A stretch of 64,000 nucleotides of DNA from Corallochytrium limacisporum Hawaii (Eukaryota > Protista > Pluriformea): contig PDIP01000019.1 in the NCBI GenBank assembly GCA_002811645.1, positions 103,163 to 167,162 of the forward strand. Reading direction: 5' to 3'. Position 1 is the first letter of the stretch. Every line of letters starts with the position of its first letter. The translations under genes were made by a program, and so were the position numbers. Below, in pieces: positions 1 to 12,000 of the stretch. The notes beneath the pieces were generated by a model, which was given only the letters and a program-made list of their open reading frames with translations, searched no databases and was not told where the DNA came from.

Positions 1-856
1 ACGCACCGAGACACGAGGTCGTCAGGCTGGCGGGTAAAAGTTGGAGAAAGAGACGTCCGTTTTCTTTTCCATGCCCGTCCCCAGCCCCTCTCCTCCACCA
101 ACGACTCTTTTCTTGTTCTCTCGTAACTCCTTGGGCTCTCCGTTTGGGCATCCCCAACCATCTTCGAATTTTTTTTGTTTGGTTTTGTTGTCGTGAATTA
201 ATTGAGATCGAAAAAAAAAACGAAGGTGAACAGGAAAAACTACGGATGGTTGGCGGGGGTAGGGTGTGTTGCCAACTTGGGTAAGCGTGTTCTTGGCAGA
301 GAGGGGAGGAGGCAATGTTTGCCTGGCCCCGCCAGGTCTCTCAACTGCCAGCAGAAGTTTGTGTATTGATTGACTATCAAAGGGCGCGGTAACATACACA
401 CGAATGGACACCACCAACCCCCCCCCCAACCCCCATCCAAAGTGAAGAGGAAGGGACGAGAAAAGGGGAGTGAGAGTGAGAGAGAGGCGCAAGGGGACCG
501 AGGAACAAAGGAACAAAGATGAAAGGGAGCGAACAGTATAGCGCGGAACACAACAAAGGACAACACTTGATATTTATCATTCACGTCGTTATCGCACCGT
601 AATGACGGGCTTGGAGGAAATTCATGAAGAAAATATTGGGAATCACGGACAATACCGCGTTACATATCTAAAAAAAAAATGGGAAAATCGCAACCTTCGG
701 GTTTCGATTTACCGCCCCCCTCCCCCACACACTCGCGTTCAAGCTGTCGACTGCAGGTTGGTACACCCGCAAGCTCCGAGCTTAATCCCCCTCCGTGGTG
801 AAACCAAAACCAAACCTGCGGGATATTGTCTATAGAGGGCAGTTTAAAGAGAATTA

Positions 857-1723
857 CACGCACGCACACACACACACACGCGCAGAGAGAAGACCAGCAC
901 GGCTAGGCGAGGGGGAGAGAATGCACGGGGAGAAGCCTCAAGGACAAAAACCACTTGTCTCCCTCGTACCCCAAGTTTTGGGGGAGAAGAGTGAGGTACA
1001 GAGTTTGAGAGCGAGATGCGCATCGTTGGTGCGCTGGCCTCGTGCCTCAGCACACACACACACACACCCGAACATGGGCACCGGTGTTTTGGATCGTGAG
1101 CGTCACTTGGGCGCTCTTCTCCCCCCCCCCCTTTTACTCCTCGTTCCGCCGTGTGATATTTTCATACAATTCTATTGACTTTGTGCGCCGGTAAGCGCGC
1201 GACGAGAAGAAGTACACTTGGCAGAACACGATTTAAAAATAGAGACGAGGAAAAGACGCGCAAGGAGAGGCGGCAGACCGGAGGAGGGAGTGTGAGAGAG
1301 AAAAAAAAATCGGCAAGGAAAGGGTGGGAGGGAAGCCCAGGCAAGAGCAGGACGGAAATAAGGGAAGTTCGTCATGCCAACCGTTTTCTCGCCGNNNNNN
1401 NNNNNNNNNNNNNNNNNNNNNNNNNNNNNNNNNNNNNNNNNNNNNNNNNNNNNNNNNNNNNNNNNNNNNNNNNNNNNNNNNNNNNNNNNNNNNNNNNNNN
1501 NNNNNNNNNNNNNNNNNNNNNNNNNNNNNNNNNNNNNNNNNNNNNNNNNNNNNNNNNNNNNNNNNNNNNNNNNNNNNNNNNNNNNNNNNNNNNNNNNNNN
1601 NNNNNNNNNNNGGGGGGAAGGGAGAAAAATTACGCACACTCCACTGCACACACACGCACACGCACACGCAGCGCAGAGAGTGTGTCAGAGACAGCCACAG
1701 AACACATACACACACACACACAC
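857..1723. repeat. Cluster of short (CA)n microsatellites (~857-880, 1051-1067, 1646-1668, 1702-1723) in low-complexity non-coding DNA
   Basis: Directly visible acacac runs. Confidence 0.9.
1395..1611. other. Assembly gap (N run)
   Basis: 217 Ns. Confidence 1.
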
Positions 1724-2527
1724 GCGCGCGCAGAGGAGGACCAAAAAAATGGGCCAAAAAAAAGGAGGGGGACGTGAGGGAAGGGAGAGGGAACCCTGGC
1801 CCGGGGGGGGGGAAGGGAAGCCGATGGTGCACTGTGTGTGTGCGGTGGAGAGGTATGCGTGTGGGGAGGGCGGTATGTGGCTGCTGAGGCGAGAGTCGTC
1901 TATCGCCCTTCAGGCCCGTGTGGGGTGAAAGGCTTCGAGGAGACCTCTGGCTCCACACCACACGCAACCGATCGCGCCTCTTCGGAACTGGCGATGACTT
2001 CGAAATTCTCTTCATTTACACAAGTTTCAGTGTCTTTGGAGATTCTCACATCCTCACCGGTGTGTTGCGGCTCCACATGGATCCCAGTGGAGAAGCACTT
2101 ATGGTAAGAAAACAATTGCTGCGAGAATTGATCTAGCGTCGCAAAGCTATTTCGACATCGAAAACTTGGGTACAGTATGACGCAGAAGAGGTATCCTTGT
2201 AAAGAAACTCGGTAGCGTCCCTGTACTTGAATACGTTCTGACAGGCAGCGGAGAAGGCACACGTTTATGAATATTGATCGGAATAGGACACTGGCATACA
2301 AGGAGTGATACATAGCACTTGACGGACCGACCTAAAAGATTGACCTCAGGGAGACAAGCTACAGTCATAAAGAACACAGGAATGAATTAAGTATTTCGGT
2401 CTTACATCTGGAGGAAAGAGATATTTATTCCCCCAGGGCAAGGGTAAACAAAGTAAACGGAACGGCTCACTGACTAAGCTTCAGAGAAACACCTGGTTTT
2501 CTGTTTAAACACGGATCAACGCGAACC

Positions 2528-5242
2528 ATGGGTAAACGCGTGGTGCGCTGCAAAGGGTGCCGCGAGAGCGGTCATCACAAACTTTGCAACGGAAGGCATC
2601 CCGCCTGCGAACGCAAATGTGCATATTGTGAAAAGAAGGGACTGGTCTGCAACGGCAAGGACTCCTTCTGCGGCAAGTATGGTAAGATTCTTCCGCAAAA
2701 GAAAGCTCACAGCGTTACCAGTGATATGAGCACCAGCCAAACGCGGATCTTGGGTGTCGGCCCTGACATGCCCTCCGTCATGGACGTGGGACGCCAGCAA
2801 GCAGCCTTTCAATTGGGCAACGAGGCTAAAAGGTTCAAGCATGATGGACGAGCCAGCCCACACGACGTGGGTGAGAGCGTAGACAGCGGCATAGTAACTT
2901 CAGAAGTCAACGGAAATACCGGGGTTGGTCCGGGTAGTGAACTGGATGACGAACACTTCAGCTCCTTCTTTGGACTCTCGGACAGCAGACGCAGCCAATC
3001 TGGCAGTCATTCTTCCGCTGCCATTTTCGGCCGGCAAGCGGCTGCGGACAGTAATGTAATTGGGCAGGCGTACTCCCGACAGGGACCTGGCAGCATTGAC
3101 CCCAAGGCTACTATGGCTGGGCCTGGAGGGGTAGGGCTACAGAGTCATCAAAGCCGGCGTGGTGGCGCAGGAGGGCCGGGATCGACCACCAGCGGAGGTC
3201 CTCGCACCCATCGGGGCCAGGTTCCGTCTGTATCATCACGGCAACACCAGGGCCACTACAATGGTTCTATGACCGCTCCTGCCACACCTATGGACGACGG
3301 AGACGCGCTACTGACCTCGCTTCTTGAGGATGGAATGAGCGGTCACCATGGCACGGAGGCGGAACTGAACGAGTCGCTGGCCGGCTCGCAGGTAACTCTG
3401 GACCCCACACATGCGAATGCTAGTCATAGTGGGCAAGGGGCCAGTGCTGGAAAGATGGACTTCCTGAGCTCACTTGGATGGTCTAACCTGGACATCTCCT
3501 CCTCCACCCTGCCTCATTCGGGAACCTCTCTGCGCAGTGAACAGCTTACCACGACTAATCCTAGCGCCAGGTTTGCCAGTAGCCAGCGGTACACAACCTC
3601 TGAACGCGGAGGTGTTCGAAACACGCGGAGCAGCGGCGGCCAGGAACTCTTCAGTTCAATGGACCGTTTGCAGGCCAACGCTGTTGCCTTACAACAGCGT
3701 GTGGTCCAGCAGCGCCAGTCGCGGGCACAGGCGGCCGCCGCGCAGGCTACAAAGGCTGCCGGTGGAGGGGCTCAGCGGCTGCTGCGTAGCGGCCATAGCC
3801 CATCCCAAGCGCGGGGCGGACTAGGCAGTCTGCCTGCTGACACGACAGACAATCTGCACCCGGCCACATCAGAGATTGTTCCGGAGCAGCTTAGCATCAT
3901 GCACCATCTGGAAACTCGACTGCAAGAGGCCTCTAGCCCAATGACGGGTGGTCTCAAGGGATCGCAGAAGAGTAGCCAGCACCACCCCCAAGTCCAACAG
4001 CAAGCCACAGCTGCTGCCCACGGACTGCTACGTCATTTGCAACATCCATCACAGACATCTGCCCAGCAGAAAGGTATGATTATTCCCGCTGCCTCTCCGT
4101 CCGACAGGCGCGGAGAGCGCGGAGGCCACGTCTCACCCCGGCCCCAGAGTCCGCGGTCGTCGCAGATCGGCGGTATCCCATCCAAGTCCGGGCCGGGTTC
4201 GGCGAGTTCGGATGGCGGCACCGTGCGCACCGTTCGGTCCGGCGCGAACCTCGCAGCCCCCTCAGCGAGCAGCGACGCCGCCATGCTCCGTTCGCAGGCT
4301 TTGCTGGCTCCATTAGGTCCGGTGCATTTCCGCCTGACCTTCCCTACTTTCCTTGCTGAGCCGGACACGTCTGCTTCTGGACCTGTGAAATCTACCTGCG
4401 AGGCTACTGAGCTGGCCTCAGGATCCATTTCTCCGTCTTCGCCGAAGGGAGCCGCTTCAGGTACGTCTTCGTCTACAACTCGTAGTGCCACTGTAATTGT
4501 GACAGCCTACAAAATTGGGCGGATGGTATGCCTGAGCACTTCTCATTTCCGGGCGTTCCCGAAAAGCAAGGACGGAGGGGACGATGACCACCTCAACACC
4601 GACGACAACGCAATGGAAGATGGAACGGAAAATCAGCCGGAAATTATGCTCGAAACTTTGAATTCAATTCCGAGCGAATTTTGGCCCCTGAACTCGGTGA
4701 CTCAATTCACGCACGCGGCCTTTACTGCAGAAGCGCTACATGAAGATGAAGAGGAGGACGGCGATGGCGAGGATATGATGGACCACAGTGACAATGAGCG
4801 CAAGGATAAGGATGAGGAAGAAGGACACGAGCAGCAGACTGGTATTAAGGCAGAGGCTAACGGCGAGCACGGACAACTTGTCGATGAGGACCACCAAGAT
4901 GAGCAACAGCTGGGTACTGAGCGGTCCATCATGAGCAAATCTGCGAACCGTCTTGGTGTGACCAAGGCCTCCACGAGCCGCATGGCCTCCCCGCGTCACA
5001 GTGGCCAGCTTCAGGCGAAGCGTAAGGCTATTGCTGCGGTCATTCCCAGGAACGGACCTAGTGCGACGGTTCAGGGTGGCCCGGAGAGTGACATGACCTA
5101 TCCTGAGGTCCTAAAGATCATGCTGACAACCAAAGGCAGACTAGTACTTTCCCGGGCGGTCTATGGCGACATGGAGGACGCGGTCCTGGACCAGCCGTTC
5201 TCTGTTGATGCCACAACTATGAGCTATCTCGCACGGGCGTAA
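2528..5242 (+). CDS. 904-aa protein: N-terminal Cys/His zinc-cluster-like motif, long S/G/Q-rich disordered middle, C-terminal beta-rich domain; putative transcription regulator
   Basis: Long ORF with accATGg start. N-terminus CKGC-RESGHHKL-C-NGRHPA-C-ERK-CAYC-EKKGLV-C resembles Zn2Cys6 motifs. Function is inferred. Confidence 0.8.
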   Translation: MGKRVVRCKGCRESGHHKLCNGRHPACERKCAYCEKKGLVCNGKDSFCGKYGKILPQKKAHSVTSDMSTSQTRILGVGPDMPSVMDVGRQQAAFQLGNEAKRFKHDGRASPHDVGESVDSGIVTSEVNGNTGVGPGSELDDEHFSSFFGLSDSRRSQSGSHSSAAIFGRQAAADSNVIGQAYSRQGPGSIDPKATMAGPGGVGLQSHQSRRGGAGGPGSTTSGGPRTHRGQVPSVSSRQHQGHYNGSMTAPATPMDDGDALLTSLLEDGMSGHHGTEAELNESLAGSQVTLDPTHANASHSGQGASAGKMDFLSSLGWSNLDISSSTLPHSGTSLRSEQLTTTNPSARFASSQRYTTSERGGVRNTRSSGGQELFSSMDRLQANAVALQQRVVQQRQSRAQAAAAQATKAAGGGAQRLLRSGHSPSQARGGLGSLPADTTDNLHPATSEIVPEQLSIMHHLETRLQEASSPMTGGLKGSQKSSQHHPQVQQQATAAAHGLLRHLQHPSQTSAQQKGMIIPAASPSDRRGERGGHVSPRPQSPRSSQIGGIPSKSGPGSASSDGGTVRTVRSGANLAAPSASSDAAMLRSQALLAPLGPVHFRLTFPTFLAEPDTSASGPVKSTCEATELASGSISPSSPKGAASGTSSSTTRSATVIVTAYKIGRMVCLSTSHFRAFPKSKDGGDDDHLNTDDNAMEDGTENQPEIMLETLNSIPSEFWPLNSVTQFTHAAFTAEALHEDEEEDGDGEDMMDHSDNERKDKDEEEGHEQQTGIKAEANGEHGQLVDEDHQDEQQLGTERSIMSKSANRLGVTKASTSRMASPRHSGQLQAKRKAIAAVIPRNGPSATVQGGPESDMTYPEVLKIMLTTKGRLVLSRAVYGDMEDAVLDQPFSVDATTMSYLARA

Positions 5243-5393
5243 GCCTTGCAATCTACTTTCTTGCACGGAAACTATAAATATATAACAGTAGATTATGATC
5301 GCTCCCCTGTGGCCAAATCAGCCATTGGGGAACTATATTCAGCGTGTGTTTCTGATATTGTGGATGTATATTAGGGGGTTTCGTATATATTCT

Positions 5394-8225
5394 TTAACTT
5401 TGGCGTCGCAGCCTGCGTCTGCCTCGTCCCGGCTGTAGCATTGGGGGCAGAATCGGTATGAGAAGCCGTCGACTGAAGTAGAGGAGACCGAGCACAACAA
5501 AGGTCCACAGCGCGCCCTGCCACAACCATCGCAGCTGACGTTCGAGCCAGGACCGGCGTGGTCGGCGCGAGAAGATTGAATTAAACACGACCTTGCCCCG
5601 CGCGTAGAGCTGCTGCCGCGGATCGAGAGTGCCGACGTCATCGCCAGTTTCGCTCTCCGTGTCGCTAGCGTCAGCGTCGGTACTGCTACTACCGTCGCCA
5701 CAGGCATCCAGACCCGCCACCGCCGCGCTTGGGTCAAGGTCCACAAGGTCGGCATCTGTGCCCCTGCGCACTCGTGCGAAATGATTGGTGCCATTTTCGT
5801 CTCGGAGGCGGGTCATCAATCGCCTGAGCAGCCAAAGGATCTTGTGCAGAGGTCTATCGCTCTCGCGGACCTGCCTCAGGGCCTGTATGGCCGACGGCAG
5901 GGGCTGGGAAAGGTGCTCGTCCTCTAACTCTTGCGCCGCCAGTCTCGCGTGGACTTTAAGCAAGTTATCGTCTGGTAGCGCTTGCGCGGCCATTGTCTCG
6001 GTCGAATCCTCAAGGTCCCGTAGAGCGCCTCCACTACATGAGTCCCCTTTGGTGGGCTCGTCCGAAAAATTGTCGCAGTCTTCGTCGATATCGCCATCGT
6101 CTGAGGCGCGGTGCAGACGCCGCGGTGTCTGTGCTATGAGCGGCATAAACTCGGCCTCATCATCATCAGCAACCAAAGCATCCTCTGCCACTGGAGGCAG
6201 ACTTCCTGCACTCCAGCTCACGGCGGTCTCCAGGTCATGGCCGTGGTCGTCCCCCATAAAGCGCACTCCAGTCAGAGAGCGGGATTCCTGTACAGATGCT
6301 GGCGCCGTGAAGCGGTGGCGGCCGCGAGCGGGCTGGAACCGACGGGTTCGACGAGGGTTCCTCAAAGCTTCACTGAAGGTATCGGCCGCAAGAGTCTTCG
6401 TTTCCTTCGGCCTTTGCTTTGAGTCGTTCCAGAAGTCTGTGCCATCGAATAGTCCTTCGAAGCGATCAAATTTGCCCGCATCGATTGGCACTTTACCATG
6501 GGCCCAACGGTCCCATACAGAGGACGCCGTGCGTTTGAGCTCTTCAATCGGGGTCCGCTTGCCACTGAAATAATCCGTAGCCTCTTGTTCCATTGGGGAG
6601 AGGGGAGGGACGTTGTAGCCATACTTTCGAGCACGGCGGAGGTTGAATTTTGCGGGTTCGTGGCCGAGCTGGGCGGCCAGTGACCACGTATTAATCGCAC
6701 GGCCCAAGTCTGGGGGAATTTTGTATTGCACCCCTTCGCTCCCAGGAGTAGGGGTCGCAACACCAGTGGTCGTAGTGGTCAGCGGTGTCGGATGTGACAT
6801 CTTGCGTCCTTTCTGCGGGGAAAGGTGCGGATTGTCTTTCTTGCGCTGCTGCGCGCACCGATATGGCACCCCCTCCGCTTCGATCACGCCGAGTTCATAG
6901 AGACATTCGGCCAGCCAGCGAGGTGGAATAGGAGGCAGTCCTTCACTACTCTTCCACAAACCATCCCTCAGGCCGTCCAGAAGCCGTTTCGCCACATCAC
7001 GATCGCGGGCTAGACCCCATTCTCCACGGCTGGCCGCCTTTGCGAGTACCAGTCTCGCCTCGCATGAGCCCATATTCGCAGCCAGAGTCACCAGATGCGC
7101 CCACCACAGCCGGTCATATTTCACGCTGGGCATCATGCTTGCACTGTCATTGATAGTGCTGGTGTGCAGGGGGGACGACGACACTGTCGAATTTACGGTC
7201 TTGTCCTGAAACGAATCATTCATTGTGCTGCTGCTATTCAGGCTGGTATTCACATCGGTCAGAGTGTACAACAAGTTTTCATGGTCTGCCTGACGCAGGA
7301 TTTCATGCGCTGCGGCCAAGAGGATAGCCGGGTGCGGACCCTGACGCAGCAGCAGTTGCAGAATATCAGTACTTTCATCGACCGCCGTTGTGGCATCCGA
7401 CAGCAACGAAATGTCGTTACCCTCAGTGATGTTGCGCGCGTGGCGTCTAGCGCAAGCAATTGCCGTGGTCAGATCACACCGCTCCGGTCCATGGGCCGCA
7501 AATGCGGCGTAGTTGAGGACAAATGGGAAATCCCAAGCCTTGTTACCGTATTTCTTGCAAATGCGTACTTCGATACGAGTGTCCAAGCCGTCCTCCTCGT
7601 CCGCAAAGAGCTGCAAAGCGGAAAGCATCCAGTCTATGGGCTGCTCAAATTGACCACAGATAACCTGTACCCAATCTTCTTCCTCGTCGTCTTCGTTGAC
7701 ATTCCGCCGTGTTAAGATTGGAGCCTTGCCTCTATCGGTGATTCGTTTCTCCGCAAAATATCTGGAGACCATGCCATGCCATCCGTCGTCGGCGATGGTG
7801 TCATTTCGTTCCTCTATGTTACCAATTATTTTATGAGCGGTGTCTAGTGCTGCATTAGTGCCATCCCTAGTAGTAATTCGTCCCCCATATTCCACTGCTA
7901 GGGCCTCAGGATGGAACGAGCGCCGATCTGCAGTTGCGATTAGCCCCTCCCTTCGAATATAGACCCGCATACCAATTACATGCTCATCCTTGTTCCATTC
8001 AACGTGACTGAGCCGTCTAGCTACCCTGCGGTCTCGCGCAGGCGATATATATGTACCTGATGGGTCTTCATAATCCCACTGTATTTGAACATCGGACCTG
8101 TGCCACTTCCCCGTTAGCGCCGACACTTCAAGGATTACTTCGTCTGCTGTCTGTGTCCACTTCCACACCGGTGTAAGGGCACAGAACCTTGCCCTGATAG
8201 GGCCTCCGTCACTGTCCTTATCCAT
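5394..8225 (-). CDS. 943-aa CS (p23/NudC-like) domain + Sel1-like repeats + C-terminal transmembrane anchor protein
   Basis: CS motifs WKWTQTADEVILEV and ICGQFEQPID...IEVRICKK...W. Sel1-like AANMGSCEARLVLA...GLARDRDVAKRLL and DLGRAINTWSLAAQLGHEPAKFNL. Hydrophobic WLWQGALWTFVVLGLLYF followed by an Arg-rich tail. Confidence 0.8.
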   Translation of the reverse strand: MDKDSDGGPIRARFCALTPVWKWTQTADEVILEVSALTGKWHRSDVQIQWDYEDPSGTYISPARDRRVARRLSHVEWNKDEHVIGMRVYIRREGLIATADRRSFHPEALAVEYGGRITTRDGTNAALDTAHKIIGNIEERNDTIADDGWHGMVSRYFAEKRITDRGKAPILTRRNVNEDDEEEDWVQVICGQFEQPIDWMLSALQLFADEEDGLDTRIEVRICKKYGNKAWDFPFVLNYAAFAAHGPERCDLTTAIACARRHARNITEGNDISLLSDATTAVDESTDILQLLLRQGPHPAILLAAAHEILRQADHENLLYTLTDVNTSLNSSSTMNDSFQDKTVNSTVSSSPLHTSTINDSASMMPSVKYDRLWWAHLVTLAANMGSCEARLVLAKAASRGEWGLARDRDVAKRLLDGLRDGLWKSSEGLPPIPPRWLAECLYELGVIEAEGVPYRCAQQRKKDNPHLSPQKGRKMSHPTPLTTTTTGVATPTPGSEGVQYKIPPDLGRAINTWSLAAQLGHEPAKFNLRRARKYGYNVPPLSPMEQEATDYFSGKRTPIEELKRTASSVWDRWAHGKVPIDAGKFDRFEGLFDGTDFWNDSKQRPKETKTLAADTFSEALRNPRRTRRFQPARGRHRFTAPASVQESRSLTGVRFMGDDHGHDLETAVSWSAGSLPPVAEDALVADDDEAEFMPLIAQTPRRLHRASDDGDIDEDCDNFSDEPTKGDSCSGGALRDLEDSTETMAAQALPDDNLLKVHARLAAQELEDEHLSQPLPSAIQALRQVRESDRPLHKILWLLRRLMTRLRDENGTNHFARVRRGTDADLVDLDPSAAVAGLDACGDGSSSTDADASDTESETGDDVGTLDPRQQLYARGKVVFNSIFSRRPRRSWLERQLRWLWQGALWTFVVLGLLYFSRRLLIPILPPMLQPGRGRRRLRRQS

Positions 8226-9036
8226 TAGGACTGTACATTATGTTTTCAATATGTCTTCAGAATTCATCTTATACACCCTGTAAGCTGTTGTAAGATTGCG
8301 CTTGACAGCTAGTCACAAGGGACAACCAGCTCGACACCTCCTACTGGATCCTTGTCATACAAATAGGTTTCCTAATATCACCTGGATCCAACATTTTGGT
8401 GCCCGAAGAAATAAAGCCATTATCGTGAAGAGAAAGGCGTAATTTAGGCATTTGAAAGCCCTTTGTGGGTCACCAGCACTGATAACCCAAGTCCACTACC
8501 CAATCCGAGAGACCCGCACCCTGGTGCAAATGACTCCTCACTCCCGACGTTCGCCCTTCCCAACCACCACCAGATAACCCCCCTCCCCTGCCCAAATATG
8601 CCCGGTACCAGCCCAATACTTTGGCCATACCAGCCGATCGGGAAAAGAGAAGGCCAGGAGAGGTAGGCTCTACGGCTCAATACTAAAAATAGGAAGTGGA
8701 TCGGAGTCTATTTTCTTGTCAAATATGTCCGCTTTACATCCGGGCCTTTCTATGTTGCGAAGGGGGGGAGAGGTCGGGAGCAACGCCCGTGGCCTTCCAA
8801 TCCCATGCACCTGAGAGGGGCCGGTGTGCACAGATTCTTGTGTGGCTATTTCAGATTCAAGGCTTTGATCTGAGGAACATCGGTTGTGTATACCGGTTTT
8901 TAAGTTGCTTCGAACAGATATTTTGTAAATCTTAAGATATGCGATAAACACTGAACGAATATGACAGACAGACAGCGCATGAGATTGGCGAATAGTGTCA
9001 GATCTGAATGGCCGATCGGGTGAGGTTTCTATCACT

Positions 9037-12000
9037 ATGTTCTTGACCGCACGAATGCGGTCAAGAATGCAAATCCCAAGGGGTCATAACATTTTGAAGC
9101 CGCGGTTTAAAGTTCGTGATAATGTTCCCTCTAAATCATCGGCTCCAAAAGCTCCTGTGCTTCTGCTTAGAGAACCCCCCACAAAGACGAGCCGTGAGTT
9201 GTTCCGATACAGCATGGGAGCCCGTAGAGCATTATCTTTGCCGGCACTCGGGGACGATGGAACACAACAGTCAGCAAAAGCAATTTCAAACCTCTTGGGT
9301 CAAAGATTAACATATGAGAGCTTCTCTCAGCATCTCCGGGAATGTCTAAAGGCTGGTCTCATTGACAGTGCATCGACAGGGACACCAACTTCAGTGGGAA
9401 GTAGAAGGAAACTTCTAACAAACATGACAGAAACATTAATAACCGTGGCAGACGAACACATTGAAGGCAAGCTAACAAAGCAGCGATTGGGACTATTAGC
9501 GTTAAGTTGTAATCTTGCGGTTGACAATGTGGAGTCAGCCAGGGCAATCTCAGACTTTCTTCATAGTCGGACTGATGAAGGTGTTAGTGCTCCAGTTTTG
9601 AGGGTACTGGCTCATTACATGGAACGCAGGGATTCAGAGTTTCAAGAACGTACCTTGGTTGAGAGATTTCAAGACTTCATACCTGCTGCAAAGTTGGAAA
9701 CTTCGGCAGCATATAATGGCATGATCTTAGGCCTTGCTGAAGCAGGCTGCCTTCCACAAACCATTCAGAGCGCATCCGATGCATATACTTTCATTAGTGA
9801 AGAACAGAAGTCTCTTCCGCTTTTTGTGGCGCTCAATATTGCACGCATAACGCATGAAGGTGGTCGAAGAACAATGGCGAAGCATCTTTTTGGTGCTCCG
9901 AAGGACCATCTGGCACATGGTATGCCAGACCTTTTGTGGCATTTGAAGTTGTCACAGAATCGTGATGTCTTGCCGCTTGGCAATTCCGAAATCAGAGAAA
10001 TTGCAATGTGGGTGAGACCGGTGCCTTCTTTGATGGCAACACGGATAGATGGTGCCAACAACTGCGTGAATAGCATCTTTATGATGATGGGAATTAATGA
10101 GCGGGGTCCGTATGAGGAGGATCTCATCGTAGGCGCTGCACCTGTGCAGGGTTTGAAAGACCGCTATATCGACTTACGGGGTGCCTTGAGATTGCTGAAT
10201 CATTACACAAGCGACTCATCTCTCGAAGCCTTGCTCACAGACAGAGACATTGCAAGATTGAAGAGAGCAATTATGGCAGGACTTGTGGCCCGCGAGGGCC
10301 CTGAAAATGCCCAAAAGGTTTTCGACCGCGAGGGCACAAAGAATGTGTTAGGCTATCACTGGGCTCATCCGTCAACCAACGATATGCCAATCATGCTCAC
10401 CCTGCTAGGAGGATATGTCAATAACTTGCAAGGGTTGAACAGCACAGACTGGTGGGCCAATGGTCGGTGGTGGATCAATTTAAAGGCAAGGGAGGATCTT
10501 CTGCCAACCGACATCATGCACGCAGGGTCGGATCTAGCCCAGGCATATCTGATTAAGGGATCACTGGCATCCATTGAAAAAGGTCTCCGAATTGTGTGCG
10601 AATTGAAGCCGGTAAATTTGAAAGGAGACGCTCAAGGCATGTTCACACTCCGTCGCTCATTGGAGCATCTAGTCAATGTATGTACTAACATGCCCACCTA
10701 CGAGGACCTGCGCGAACGCAGCCCGACTGGACCAGGGATGCCCCGCAAGATGTGGGAAGAACTTAACATTGAGGCAATGAACCGACTTCTTGAAGTTCAC
10801 GGGAAATCATGGGGCCACCGTGGGCTGATCTGGCGCTTATTTAGTACAGTCGCTGGTCTTGACTCTCCGGAAGTCATGAAAAGAACAGTTGCCCTGGATC
10901 ACACCGCTCTAGTAACGCAATTTCAAACTCTCCAGCACCAGTTTGTCAATATTCCTTCAGGAACACTAGTGCACATTGGTCTGCGGTTGATGCAAACCTG
11001 CTGGATGCATGGTCAACCAGATACAGCCGATATGATCTTCGAAAAAGTCATGGCTGCTTACTTTGGGAAACACAGGCTGCATTGGTGGGAGATTTTTACC
11101 CCCAAAACAATTCTGCAGCAGCGCGATCCACAGCGACTTTTGAGTTTTCTGGAGCAGGAAGGGGTCCACTTGCAGTTGAAGGATGATCAAATGCATGCGT
11201 TGGAGAATTTGATATCTCTGCAGAATATGAATGGGCCTGGCAGGGTGTACTCTAGTGTCCAAGACACAACTGAGTTTAACAAGACCTGGACTGATCTGAT
11301 TTCCACAGTGAGGGCGCTGCCAGCTGCAAGTGAAATGGCACTTCATGCACCGGAAATGTTTGATGTCCGTCGTCCTTCGTCTTTATCAGGGCTAGTCAGT
11401 TATACGGATATCCGGTCTTGGCGACTAGCGTTTCTGTACTCGGTCATGTTCAGTCCGTCATACTGTGAGCTTCCTGCGTTTCTGCCCGACGTGAATCCCG
11501 AACTTGTGCAGCCCATCGTTAATATCATCCGCGAGGAATCCATGTTTGATCCCCATGGCACCCAAAAGTTCATCACAACAATGGTAGAAAAGGCGACCCA
11601 AAGTGGCCCCACACAGCCGTACAAGGCACCTGCTTGGAGTGAACTGATCGTTCCTCAAAACCATTTGCCATGGCCAAAGGCCTTTTGTCTCTTCAACAGA
11701 TTCTGGATTGGGATTCTGTTGCCTCCGTTTGCGTCAGGGATGAAAAATTTGCGCCGCGTGGCCGACGAGGATGTCCACTTGATGCGCCAGGCCATGCTGT
11801 GCCACACAACGGTAGGTCATGTAGCTTCCGTATGGCAGCAACTGCCACCTGCGCTACTGGAGACGATTGCGCGTCGTTTTGACATGATCAGAGGGCTGTA
11901 CGGGAACCGAGACAAACCAATCCCGGCCCATATTCTTCGACCCTTCCTGGATGAAGTCTATCGGGTACGACCTGAAATCATGGGTTCAGAGAGTCCCGAG

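Noticed and set aside
22-2500. ORFs in the first 2.5 kb
   Set aside because: Low-complexity, microsatellite- and gap-derived translations; likely upstream regulatory or leader DNA.
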